A DNA stretch of 64,000 nt. It comes from an uncultured delta proteobacterium. Lineage in GTDB: Bacteria > Myxococcota > UBA727 > VGSZ01. Within the stretch, counting starts at the first letter, position 1, and the number at the start of each line of letters is the position of its first letter. Below, piece by piece: positions 1-9,202 of this stretch. The DNA is taken from positions 206,983-270,982 of the forward strand of contig CAVZJB010000003.1 of the NCBI GenBank assembly GCA_963775425.1. Reading direction: 5' to 3'. The position numbers were made by a program, and so were the translations under genes. The notes beneath the pieces were generated by a model that had not been told where the DNA came from, did not search any database, and saw nothing but the letters and a program-made list of their open reading frames with translations.

Positions 1-1
1 C

Positions 2-181
2 GCCCACGCGGCCGCCAGCCTCGACGACGCCGTCGCGCGCGTCGCCGCCGTCCTTCAGCCCGGCGACGTGGTCATCACGCAGGGCGCCGGCGACGTGACC
101 AACGCCGGCCCCGAGCTCTTGCGCCGCCTCGAGCCCGGCGACTCCACCCCTCCCGCGCCCGCCGGCGAGGGGGGCGCGTGA
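2..181 (+). CDS. murC: UDP-N-acetylmuramate--L-alanine ligase MurC, C-terminal fragment (5' truncated by the window edge)
   Basis: Frame-2 ORF ending ...VITQGAGDVTNAGPELLRRLE, a MurC-type C-terminus (QGAGxI/V motif). Its stop overlaps the murB GTG start (GTGA). Position is upstream of murB in the dcw cluster. Confidence 0.6.
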   Translation, partial: AHAAASLDDAVARVAAVLQPGDVVITQGAGDVTNAGPELLRRLEPGDSTPPAPAGEGGA

Positions 182-1098
182 ACGCCGTCGCGCTCGACGA
201 CATGGCCGCCGCGCTCGGCGGCATCGAGCGCCAGCGCGACGCGCCGCTGTCGCGGCGGACCACCTTCGGCATCGGGGGCCCCGCGGACCTGCTCGTGGTC
301 GCCCGCGAGGAGGACGAGGTGGTGCGCACCCTCGCGCTCGCCGAGGAGCGGGACCTCCCGGTGTTCGTCCTCGGCGGTGGGTCGAACCTGTTGGTCGGCG
401 ACAAGGGCATCCGCGGCGTGGTGCTCACGCTCTCGGGGACGCTCGCGTCGCTGCAGGTCCTCGAGGACGGCCGCGCCATCGACACCGGCGCCGGCGTCAC
501 CTACCCGCGCCTCACGCGCACGGCGCTCGACCTCGGCTGGCCGCCCGCCGTCGGTTGGATGGGGACGCCCGGGCAAGTGGGAGGCGCGCTCATCATGAAC
601 GCCGGCACGCGCCACGGCGAGATTGGCGACGTCGTCGTCGAGGTGCGCGCGGCCGGCGCCCAGGGTCCGTTGCGGCTCGACCACGCCGCGTGCGGCTTCG
701 CGTATCGAAAAAGCGCATTTCCTCCCCGGGCGGTATTGACGGGAACACTTCTTCGATGTGACAGTCATCGAACTGAAGAATCTGGAGCGCTCGACGCGAT
801 GGCCAAAGACCTCTTGCACCGTCGCCACGCCTCGCAGCCGAAGCTCCGCAGCGCCGGGTCCATCTTCAAGAACCCGCCGGGCGACTTCGCCGGCCGCCTC
901 ATCGAGGCTGCGGGGCTCAAGGGCTTCCGTGTGGGCAACGCCCAGGTGAGCGACGTTCACGCCAACTTCGTCGTCAACGTGGGCGGCGCCAGCGCGGCCG
1001 ACGTCGTCGCCGTCGCCACGCACGCGCAGCGCGCCGTGCGCGAGCGGCTCGGCGTGGACCTCGAGTGGGAGGTTCGACGCGTGGGTGAGTTTGCGTGA
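178..1098 (+). CDS. murB: UDP-N-acetylenolpyruvoylglucosamine reductase MurB
   Basis: MNAVALDD...TTFGIGGPADLLV...VLGGGSNLLV is the FAD-binding MurB signature. The C-terminal region is MurB-like. 4-nt overlaps couple it to murC and ftsQ. Confidence 0.85.
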   Translation: MNAVALDDMAAALGGIERQRDAPLSRRTTFGIGGPADLLVVAREEDEVVRTLALAEERDLPVFVLGGGSNLLVGDKGIRGVVLTLSGTLASLQVLEDGRAIDTGAGVTYPRLTRTALDLGWPPAVGWMGTPGQVGGALIMNAGTRHGEIGDVVVEVRAAGAQGPLRLDHAACGFAYRKSAFPPRAVLTGTLLRCDSHRTEESGALDAMAKDLLHRRHASQPKLRSAGSIFKNPPGDFAGRLIEAAGLKGFRVGNAQVSDVHANFVVNVGGASAADVVAVATHAQRAVRERLGVDLEWEVRRVGEFA

Positions 1099-2033
1099 AG
1101 CAGCCGCCCCGCCCCCGCACGCCGCCCATCACCGGGTCGTGGCGCGTGCCGTCGCGTGACCCGCAGCGGCTCACCACCGACGTGCACACCAAGCGCCGCA
1201 CGTCGTCGCTGCCGCGCCGGCTCCTGTGGGGACGCCTCGCGCGCGGCATGGCGCTGTTCGGGCTGGCGGTCCTCGCCGCCGTCGGCGTCGTGCAGGTGGC
1301 GTCGTGGGCGGAGAAGACGCACGCGTTGCCGGTGCGCACCGTGGCCGTGCGCGCGGCGCCGGGGGCACCCGCCCTCGACGAGCAGCGGGCCGACGAGGTC
1401 CGCTCCTACGCAGGGGTCGTGAAGGGCCAGCCGCTGTTCTCCGTGGACCCCGACGCGGTCGCGGCGCGGGTGCTCGAGCACCCCTTCATCGCGTCCGCGG
1501 TCGTCCGCCGGGTGCCGCCGGACGGCGTCGAGATCACGGTGACGCCGCGCGCCCCCGTCGCTGCGCTCTCGGCCGCCGGCGCCGTCTACCTCGTCGACGC
1601 CCGCGGCGGCGTCATGAAGAGCGCCCGCGCGGGCGACGGCCTCGACCTGCCCGTGATCACCGGGCTCGCCGCCGCCGACGTCGCGTCCGGCGCGGCGGCG
1701 CCGGCGCTCTGTGGTGCCGTGGGCCTCCTGGCGGCGTTCGCGGCCGCGGGAGCGCCGGGTGGCCCCGCCGGTGAGGTGACCGCGCTGCCCGGCGGCGGCT
1801 TCGACCTCGTGCTCGAGGACGGGACGCGGGTTCGCCTGGGGCGCGACAAGCTGGAGGACAAGGTCGCCCGCCTCGACGCCGTGGTGCGGCGCCTGCAGAG
1901 CGCGGGGCGGACGGCGAGCTTCATCTATTTGGACGACGACCGCAGGCCCGAGAGGGCGGCGGTTCGTCTCCGGCCAGAGCGCGAGAGCGCGACGGCTGGT
2001 GGAGACAATCAGATTCCGCGAGAGCGGGGTTAG
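1095..2033 (+). CDS. ftsQ: cell division protein FtsQ (POTRA domain)
   Basis: GTG start overlaps the murB stop. Single N-terminal TM helix (LFGLAVLAAVGVV) followed by a periplasmic POTRA-like region. Position between murB and ftsA. Confidence 0.7.
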   Translation: MKQPPRPRTPPITGSWRVPSRDPQRLTTDVHTKRRTSSLPRRLLWGRLARGMALFGLAVLAAVGVVQVASWAEKTHALPVRTVAVRAAPGAPALDEQRADEVRSYAGVVKGQPLFSVDPDAVAARVLEHPFIASAVVRRVPPDGVEITVTPRAPVAALSAAGAVYLVDARGGVMKSARAGDGLDLPVITGLAAADVASGAAAPALCGAVGLLAAFAAAGAPGGPAGEVTALPGGGFDLVLEDGTRVRLGRDKLEDKVARLDAVVRRLQSAGRTASFIYLDDDRRPERAAVRLRPERESATAGGDNQIPRERG

Positions 2034-2076
2034 AGACAAGCGGCGCAGCGAGAGCGGCGTCGAGGGAGGCGTTTAC

Positions 2077-3321
2077 ATGGCCGGAAAACGAACAGTGAGG
2101 CGCGAGAACCTCGTGGTGGGCCTCGATATCGGCACCACGAAGATCTGCACCATCGTCGGAGAGGTGACGCCGGAGGGCATCGACATCGTCGGCATCGGGA
2201 CGGCGCCGTCGAAGGGCCTGCGCAAGGGCTGCGTCATCAACATCGAGTCCACGGTGGGCTCGATCAAGCGGGCCGTGGAAGAGGCCGAGCTGATGGCGGG
2301 CTGCGAGATCCACTCGGTGTACGCCGGCATCGCCGGCGGCCACATCCGTGGCTTCAATAGCCATGGAATTGTCGCAGTCAAGGATCGCGAGGTGATGGAG
2401 GCGGACATCGAGCGGGTCATCGACGCCGCCAAGGCCGTGGCCATCCCCGTGGACCGCGAGGTCATCCACATCCTGCCGCAGGAGTTCGTCATCGACGACC
2501 AGGACGGCATCCGCGAGCCGCTCGGCATGTCCGGCGTGCGCCTCGAGGCCAAGGTCCACATCGTCACCGGCGCCGTCACCAGCGCGCAGAACATCGTCAA
2601 GTGCGCCCAGAAGTGCGCGCTCAACGTGAGCGACATCGTGCTCGAGCAGCTCGCGTCGGCGCTGGCGGTGCTCTCGGAGGACGAAAAAGAGCTGGGCGTG
2701 GCCCTCGTCGACATCGGCGGCGGCACCACCGACATCGCCATCTTCCACGGGGGGAGCATCCAGCACACGAGCGTGGTGGCCATCGGCGGCCAGCACATGA
2801 CCAACGACATCGCCGTGGGGCTGCGCACGCCCCAGGAGGAGGCGGAGACCGTGAAGAAGAGGTGGGGGTGTGCCTCCACCAGGATGATCAAGGCCGGAGA
2901 GACCATCGAGGTCCCCTCCATCGGCGGGAGGAAGTCGCGCGAGCTGTCGCGCCAGATCCTCGGGGACATCCTCGAGCCGCGGGTGGTGGAGATCTTCGAG
3001 CTGGTCCAGCGCGAGATTGAAAAGATGAAGCTCACCGAGCTCCTCGCCTCGGGCGTGGTGCTCACCGGCGGCTCTACGCTGTTGCCGGGCATGGTGGAGG
3101 TCGCCGAGGAGGTCATCGGCTTGCCGGTGCGCCTGGGCGTCCCGCAGAACATCGGCGGCCTCGTCGACGTCGTCAGGAGCCCCATGTACGCCACGGGCGT
3201 CGGCCTCCTGATGTACGGCGCGCAGCAGCTCAACGATCCGCGCCACTTCCGCGCTCGCGACGAGAACATCTACACGAAGGTGAAGAAGCGCATGAGCGCG
3301 TGGCTCGACGACGTCTTGTGA
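2077..3321 (+). CDS. ftsA: cell division protein FtsA
   Basis: LVVGLDIGTTKICTIVGEV... is an actin-like ATPase fold. Internal ATG chosen at MAGKRTVRR. Directly upstream of ftsZ. Confidence 0.85.
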   Translation: MAGKRTVRRENLVVGLDIGTTKICTIVGEVTPEGIDIVGIGTAPSKGLRKGCVINIESTVGSIKRAVEEAELMAGCEIHSVYAGIAGGHIRGFNSHGIVAVKDREVMEADIERVIDAAKAVAIPVDREVIHILPQEFVIDDQDGIREPLGMSGVRLEAKVHIVTGAVTSAQNIVKCAQKCALNVSDIVLEQLASALAVLSEDEKELGVALVDIGGGTTDIAIFHGGSIQHTSVVAIGGQHMTNDIAVGLRTPQEEAETVKKRWGCASTRMIKAGETIEVPSIGGRKSRELSRQILGDILEPRVVEIFELVQREIEKMKLTELLASGVVLTGGSTLLPGMVEVAEEVIGLPVRLGVPQNIGGLVDVVRSPMYATGVGLLMYGAQQLNDPRHFRARDENIYTKVKKRMSAWLDDVL

Positions 3322-3388
3322 CGTGCCCGCGCGGCTCGCCGGGAGCGGGCCCGTTCCCCCTTCCTTTCACACTTCACGGAGCTTCAAC

Positions 3389-4837
3389 ATGATCGAGTTC
3401 GAGGACAACAGCAGCAAGGGCCCCCGCATCAAGGTCGCCGGCGTCGGCGGCGGGGGCGGCAACGCCATCAACAACATGATCGACCGCGGCATCGCCGGCG
3501 TCGACTTTCTCGTCGCCAACACCGACTGCCAGGCGCTCGAGATGTCCCACGCCCCGTCCAAGCTTCAGCTCGGCGCGGGCAGCACCAAGGGGCTCGGCGC
3601 CGGCGCCAAGCCCGACGTGGGCGCGTCGGCGGCCAAGGAGAGCATCGACCGCATCGAGGAGCTGCTCCACGGCGCCGACATGGTGTTCGTGGCCGCGGGC
3701 ATGGGCGGCGGCACCGGCACCGGCGCCGCGCCCATCATCGCCGACGTGGCGCGCCGCCAGGGCGCGCTCACGGTGGGCGTGGTGACCAAGCCGTTCACCT
3801 TCGAGGGCAACCGGAGGAAGAAGCAGGCGGAGCGCGGCATCGAGGCGCTCAAGCAGGCGGTGGACACGCTCATCATCGTTCCCAACGACCGCCTCTTGCA
3901 GCTCTGCTCGACGGAGACGTCGATGCTCGACGCGTTCAAGATGGCCGACCAGGTCCTCTTCAACGCGGTGAAGGGCATCTCGGACATCATCACGCAGCAA
4001 GGCGTCATCAACGTCGACTTCGCCGACGCCGTGAGCGTGATGAGCGCGCAGGGGCTGGCGCTCATGGGCATCGGCCGGGGCAACGGTGAGAAGCGGGCGC
4101 TGGACGCCGCGCACGCCGCCATCTCGAGCCCGCTCCTCGAGGAGGTCTCCGTCGACGGCGCCACCGGCATCCTGGTGAACGTCACCGGCGGCCCCACGCT
4201 GACGCTGCACGAGGTGAACGCGGCCATCGCGCTCATCACCGACGCGGCGCACGAGGACGCGAACATCATCTTCGGCTACGTCGTCGACGAGGCCATGGGC
4301 GAGGACGTGGCCATCACCGTCATCGCCACGGGCTTCGAGAAGATGCGGCGCGAGGGCGAGCACAATAGCGCCAACGTGGCGGCGTCGCCGCCGGCGGCGC
4401 AGCAGCGCGTCGACGCCGACGTCCCGACCTACATCCGAAACGGGTGGCGCGACGGCAAGCAGATGGGCCGCGGGGCGCTCCCGCAGGCCGAGCTGCCCAT
4501 GCCCATGCCCGAGCAGCAGGTGACGGACCCGGGGAGCGCGCGCTTCGAGGAGGTGCAGCCCGAAGCCGCGCCCGTCGAGCCCGAGCCGTACGACGAGCAG
4601 CCGCAGGCGCGCCGGCCCAACAGCAGCCTCGAGCCCGTGCCCTCGGCGCTCGTGGCGCAGGCGCCCGCGCCGGCGCCCACGCCGCGCCGCGGGATCATGG
4701 TCCTGCCGCCGGTGGAGGACGCGGTGCCGCGCCACAAGCGGAGCGTCCACCGCGAGGCGGCGCTCGCCATGAGCTCCGCGCTCGGCGAGGACGACGAGTA
4801 CGACATCCCCGCGTTCCTGCGCCGGAACGCCGAATAG
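3389..4837 (+). CDS. ftsZ: cell division GTPase FtsZ
   Basis: MIEFED...IKVAGVGGGGGNAINNM...GGGTGTGAAPIIA is the tubulin signature GGGTGTG. Long acidic/Pro-rich C-terminal linker ending DIPAFLRRN, the conserved C-terminal peptide. Confidence 0.95.
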   Translation: MIEFEDNSSKGPRIKVAGVGGGGGNAINNMIDRGIAGVDFLVANTDCQALEMSHAPSKLQLGAGSTKGLGAGAKPDVGASAAKESIDRIEELLHGADMVFVAAGMGGGTGTGAAPIIADVARRQGALTVGVVTKPFTFEGNRRKKQAERGIEALKQAVDTLIIVPNDRLLQLCSTETSMLDAFKMADQVLFNAVKGISDIITQQGVINVDFADAVSVMSAQGLALMGIGRGNGEKRALDAAHAAISSPLLEEVSVDGATGILVNVTGGPTLTLHEVNAAIALITDAAHEDANIIFGYVVDEAMGEDVAITVIATGFEKMRREGEHNSANVAASPPAAQQRVDADVPTYIRNGWRDGKQMGRGALPQAELPMPMPEQQVTDPGSARFEEVQPEAAPVEPEPYDEQPQARRPNSSLEPVPSALVAQAPAPAPTPRRGIMVLPPVEDAVPRHKRSVHREAALAMSSALGEDDEYDIPAFLRRNAE

Positions 4838-4856
4838 CTCAGGCACCCCTGCGGTT

Positions 4857-4911
4857 CCGTCGCGGCGGAGCGCTCCCTGGTGAGCGCTCCGCTGCGACGG
4901 ACCTTTTTTGG
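4857..4911 (+). terminator. rho-independent terminator downstream of ftsZ
   Basis: Perfect inverted repeat CCGTCGCGGCGGAGCGCTC / GAGCGCTCCGCTGCGACGG (19-bp stem, 6-nt loop) followed by ACCTTTTTTGG. Confidence 0.8.
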
Positions 4912-5155
4912 GCTACGCACGTGACCTTCGCGCTGCCACGAACGCGTGCCTCAATGGAACTTGTCGAGCATCCCGCCGAGATGGATCCGTGTGTTCTCGT
5001 GATGCATCCGGCGCCTGCTGCAACTTCGAGACCGCTGCCCGCCGACCGACGCCCCGTGACCAGCGATGGGCCGTCGCCCGGCGCCCGAAGCCCGTCGCCC
5101 GAGGCCGACGCCCGAAGGCCGCGCCCGCGCAAACCGATCTCCGTGAACCGACTCT

Positions 5156-8100
5156 TCAGCGCTCGTCGCAGCCGATGTCGGGGCGGTTGCCCTGCGGGCG
5201 CGGGTCACCGTCGATGTCGTCGGCCAGCGAGAGGGCGGCGTCGGCGGCGTCCGCGAGGGCGTTGTCGCCGGTGACGAGGTGGCCGGTGTCGTCGACGAGC
5301 GCACTCACATCTACGATCAGGCAAGCGTCACATTGAGGATCGAACGCCGCGAGATCGCCGTTGGACAGGGCGGTCACGGACGGCGTGACCACGAGCGTGG
5401 CCCCCGTGGAGAACGCGAGCGCCACGGCCTGCGTCCATGGCGCGTCGGTCGCCGCGTCGATGCCCGGATCGCCGCCCAGCACGCTGTTGGCGGCGTCGAG
5501 CGTCGCCTGCGCGTCGAGCGCGACCGCCGCGCCGCTCGACACGAGCGTCGCCTGTCGCAGCTCCACGGCGCCCGTGGCGTCGACGGCGGGCCCGCCGTCG
5601 ACGGAGACAAAGCTCGAGAGCAGTGACGCGTCACCGCAGGACAGGCCCGTGGCCGCGCCCGGGTCGGAGATCGCCCGCAGCGTGGAGCGCAGGAACGTGC
5701 TGGGCGCCGACACCTGCGCGGCCACCGCGTCGGCGCCGTGCACGTCCACGGTGCTGTCGCTGACGTCCGCGGACGCGGCGACGATGCCCGCCGTGCTCCC
5801 GGCGCCGTCCACCACCACGGTGCTGTCGACGACGGTGACGTCGACGCCGCCCGCGTCCACGCCCGTCACGCCCGCCGTGAGCGCGACGCCGGACAGCGAC
5901 AGCGTCGCCGTCCCCGACCCCGCGGCCGCGCGCCCGGCGGCGTCGATGGTGGTGTCGACGAGCTGCACGTCGCCGGCCCCGTCGGCGAGCATGCCGTCGC
6001 CGTTGCTCACGAGCGTGGCGCCGCTCGCGACGAGCACGCCCCCGCTCGCGCGCACCGCCAGCGCCGAGGCCACACCCTCGGCGATCACGTGCGCGCCCTC
6101 GAGGCTGACCTGCGCGCCGTCCGCGGCGAGGCCCACGGCGTCGTCGACGGCGGCGGCGTTGGCGGCGGCGAGCAGGGTGGCGCGCACCAGGGCGCTGCGG
6201 GCGTCGCCGGCGAAGGCGATGGCCTCGCCCGAGGACGCGTCGGCGGTGGCGCCCGCCACGGTGGTGTCGCCGTCGAGGGTGAGCAGGCTGTCGGTCACCT
6301 CGATGCCTACGGCCGCATCCGCCGCACCGCCGGAGATGGTGGACGCGGTGGCGTCGAGCGAGCACGCGGTGCCCTTCACGCCGGCCGCCGAGGTGGCGCC
6401 GGCGCCGCCGGTGATGTCTGCGCGCTCAAGCGCGAGCACCGCCGACGTGCACACCACGCCCACGGCGGCGTCGCCCGGAGCGCCGAGGACCGCGCTGTCG
6501 ACGAACGTGGCCACCGCGCCCGGCGACAACACCACGCTGCCGACGTCGTGGGCGCTCGTGGGCTCCACGACGCTGTCCTGCACCCGCACCGCCGCGCCGG
6601 GGGCCGCCACGAGCAGGGGCTCGTCGTGCACGGCGCCCTCGACGATGTGCACGCCGTCGAGGCTGCTGGTGCGCGTGAGCTGAACCGAGCCGCCGGCGAG
6701 AGAGAGCGTGAGCGTGGCGAGGTGCGCGTCGACGATGCTCACGCCTGTGCTGCCCACGGGCAGCGTGGTCTCGGCGCCGCCGTCGACGTACGCGCCGGCG
6801 ACGTCGTCGAAGTGGAGGCCGCCGCGCAAGGACAGCCGCTCGGGCAGCGCCCCGGTGAACACGGCGTGGCTCCCCTCGGCGAGCAGCAGCTCGGGCAGCT
6901 CGTGCCGCTCGGCCGTGTCCACGGCGGCGGCGACCGTGGCGAAGGGAGCGGCGGCGGTGCCGTTGCCGGCGTCGTCGTCGCCGCGGACGGGGTCGACGTA
7001 CGGGCCGGCCTCCTCGACGGTGACGGCCTGCTCCACGGTGACGCCGAGACCCTTGTCGTCGAACGCGCTGATGACGAAGTGGTAGACGTCGCCGGCCGCG
7101 ACTGCGGTGAGCTCGATGTGGTCGGCGTCGGTGGCCTCGGTGAGCAGCCGCACCGGATCGTCCGGCGCCTGCGAGATGGACGTGGAGGCGATGACGCCCG
7201 AGTCCGGGTCTTCGGCGCCGCGCGCGTCGACGACGAACACCTCGCCGGGGACGACGAAGCGCTCCGGCGGCAACGACAGCACCGGCGCCACGTTCTCGGC
7301 GCCGTTGGTGACCAGCACGCGCACGGTGTCCGGCGGCGAAATCACCAGGCCGTCGTCGGCGACCACGTGGAACAGCAGCGTGACGTCGGGGCCGTCGCCG
7401 GCGGGGGCGGTGAACAAGCCGGGGACGAGCGGGTCGGGCGCGGCGGTGGGGCCGAGCACCTGGGTGATGGTGACGACGAGCGGATCGCGGTCGACGTCGA
7501 AGGAGCGCGAGGTGTCCAGGCGGAAGCGCGAACCGGGGCCGACGATGCGATCGGGGCCGCCGTTCGCGGTGGGGGCGATGTCGCCGTTGGGCGGCCGCAC
7601 GTCGACGGGCGCCACCTGCACGCCGCCCGACGCGCCGCCGAGGCGCCGCTCGCCGGCGAGGAAGAGGTGTTGCTGGCGGCGGGGCGCGCTGAAGGCGATG
7701 TTGTCGCCCTCGACGCCGCCGGGGATGACGTCGGCGTTGCCGTCGGCGGACCACGCGCGCGCGGTGGAGCCGGTGTCGTCGCGCGGGCAGAAGGAGACGG
7801 AGACGCCGACGTTGGTGTCGACCTGGACCACGGGGCTCGCGCACGTGCCCACGGTGAGGCCCGTGTCCGCCGGGAGCGGCGTGCCCGCGGGCCAGAAGAC
7901 GCGCGCGGCGGGAGCGACGCCGCGGCCGGCGCCGTCCACACCGTCGACGACGACGATGCAGGGCAGGGTGGCGCCGAGGGTGACGTCGACGGTGGTGCCG
8001 TCGACCGTGACGCCGGCGCCCGTGCCGCAGCTTGCGGTGGCGGTGAGCGAGGCGACGTCGCCGACGCTGTCGACGTCGAAGACGTGGGAGGTGCCCGGCT

Positions 8101-8590
8101 CCACGACCGCGTCGGGCGGGAGCATGAGGAACGCGGGCTCGCCCTCGGGGGTGCTCGACACGGTGACCTTCACCTGGTCGGTGGCGACGGCGCCGTCGGC
8201 CTCCGCGCGCAGCTCGAAGGTGAGCGTGGCCGGCGCGAGCGGGGCCACGAACGCGGGCAGCGCCGACGACGGGTTGGTCAGGAGCACCGGCGCCCCGTCC
8301 ACCTGCGTCCACGACAGCGAGGCGTCGCCGGCGAGGCCGCGCGAGGCGCGCCCCGAGAGCACCACCCGCGAGCCCTCGAGGACGACGAGGTCGGGACCCG
8401 CGAGCGCGACGACGTCGACGCGCGGGGGCACCGTGATCGGTGTCGGCCCCGGGAAGAGCGTGTCCGGGCACCCCGCGCAGCCGACGACGAGCGCGACGAC
8501 GCCCGCGAGCGCGACCGCCTGCGACGCCGGGGAGGGCGCGGCATGGCGCGGCGGCGGGTGCGCCGACGGCGAGGGACGGGGGGGCGTCAC
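5156..8590 (-). CDS. large lipoprotein with parallel beta-helix / Ig-like repeats (secreted adhesin-like)
   Basis: N-terminus ...AVALAGVVALVVGCAGC has a lipobox. It is 1144 aa, Gly/Asp/Val/Thr-rich with repeated beta-helix-like segments. GC3 bias supports the minus strand, so the long plus-strand ORFs across this region are antisense artifacts. Confidence 0.7.
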   Translation of the reverse strand: MTPPRPSPSAHPPPRHAAPSPASQAVALAGVVALVVGCAGCPDTLFPGPTPITVPPRVDVVALAGPDLVVLEGSRVVLSGRASRGLAGDASLSWTQVDGAPVLLTNPSSALPAFVAPLAPATLTFELRAEADGAVATDQVKVTVSSTPEGEPAFLMLPPDAVVEPGTSHVFDVDSVGDVASLTATASCGTGAGVTVDGTTVDVTLGATLPCIVVVDGVDGAGRGVAPAARVFWPAGTPLPADTGLTVGTCASPVVQVDTNVGVSVSFCPRDDTGSTARAWSADGNADVIPGGVEGDNIAFSAPRRQQHLFLAGERRLGGASGGVQVAPVDVRPPNGDIAPTANGGPDRIVGPGSRFRLDTSRSFDVDRDPLVVTITQVLGPTAAPDPLVPGLFTAPAGDGPDVTLLFHVVADDGLVISPPDTVRVLVTNGAENVAPVLSLPPERFVVPGEVFVVDARGAEDPDSGVIASTSISQAPDDPVRLLTEATDADHIELTAVAAGDVYHFVISAFDDKGLGVTVEQAVTVEEAGPYVDPVRGDDDAGNGTAAAPFATVAAAVDTAERHELPELLLAEGSHAVFTGALPERLSLRGGLHFDDVAGAYVDGGAETTLPVGSTGVSIVDAHLATLTLSLAGGSVQLTRTSSLDGVHIVEGAVHDEPLLVAAPGAAVRVQDSVVEPTSAHDVGSVVLSPGAVATFVDSAVLGAPGDAAVGVVCTSAVLALERADITGGAGATSAAGVKGTACSLDATASTISGGAADAAVGIEVTDSLLTLDGDTTVAGATADASSGEAIAFAGDARSALVRATLLAAANAAAVDDAVGLAADGAQVSLEGAHVIAEGVASALAVRASGGVLVASGATLVSNGDGMLADGAGDVQLVDTTIDAAGRAAAGSGTATLSLSGVALTAGVTGVDAGGVDVTVVDSTVVVDGAGSTAGIVAASADVSDSTVDVHGADAVAAQVSAPSTFLRSTLRAISDPGAATGLSCGDASLLSSFVSVDGGPAVDATGAVELRQATLVSSGAAVALDAQATLDAANSVLGGDPGIDAATDAPWTQAVALAFSTGATLVVTPSVTALSNGDLAAFDPQCDACLIVDVSALVDDTGHLVTGDNALADAADAALSLADDIDGDPRPQGNRPDIGCDER

Positions 8591-8701
8591 GGCACGGAAT
8601 GGTACCCGGTTTTCACCGCGGCGCCCGTGGCCCCGCGCCCGTCCCCCCGGCCGGCGCGAGGGTGCGCTTCCCGGGCCGGGACCCGCGAGCTATCAGGCGC
8701 C

Positions 8702-9202
8702 ATGAGCGAAGGGCCGAGAGCGCCGCTGTGGGCCGTCGTCGTCGCCACCTGGTTCGGCGCGGGCAAGAGCCCCAAGGCGCCGGGCACGGTGGGGTCGGCG
8801 GCGTCGCTGATCCTGTGGGCGCCGATGGTCCTCCTCGAGACCCCCTGGTGGGCGCGCCTCGCCGTCACCGCGCTGGTGTTCGCCGTCGGCACCGTCGCCG
8901 CCGCCGCCATCGTGCGCGCGCGGGGGCAGGAGGATCCGCAGCTCGTCGTCGTAGACGAGGTCGCCGGCATGGGCGTCACGCTCGCGCTCGCGGCCCACGG
9001 GGCGTGGAGCCTCGGCCTCGGCTTCGCGCTGTTTCGCCTGTTCGACATCTGGAAGCCCTGGCCCGTGCGCCTCGCCGACCGCCGGGTGAAGGGCGGCTTC
9101 GGCGTCATGCTCGACGACGTCATCGCCGGCCTCTACGCGCTGCCGTGCCTGTGGCTCGTGGAGCGCTTCGTCCTCCCTCGCCTCCTCGAGGTCCTGTCAT
9201 GA
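8702..9202 (+). CDS. pgpA: phosphatidylglycerophosphatase A
   Basis: MSEGPRAPLWAVVVATWFGAGKSPKAPGTVGS...LFRLFDIWKPWPV...MLDDVIAGLYA is the PgpA family signature. Confidence 0.85.
   Translation: MSEGPRAPLWAVVVATWFGAGKSPKAPGTVGSAASLILWAPMVLLETPWWARLAVTALVFAVGTVAAAAIVRARGQEDPQLVVVDEVAGMGVTLALAAHGAWSLGLGFALFRLFDIWKPWPVRLADRRVKGGFGVMLDDVIAGLYALPCLWLVERFVLPRLLEVLS

Noticed and set aside
5738-9202. Very long plus-strand ORF (1154 aa) and other long ORFs such as 12017-16789(-), 10113-12770(-), 19675-20937(-), 26771-30316(-), 37769-39571(-), 41055-44069(-)
   Set aside because: These are Arg/Ala/Gly/Pro-rich low-complexity translations antisense or out of frame to genes with clear domains and proper GC3 bias. 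Stop-poor antisense frames are expected at ~72% GC. Only the domain-bearing sub-segments were kept (e.g. pgpA at 8702-9202, the M23 peptidase at 12017-13102).
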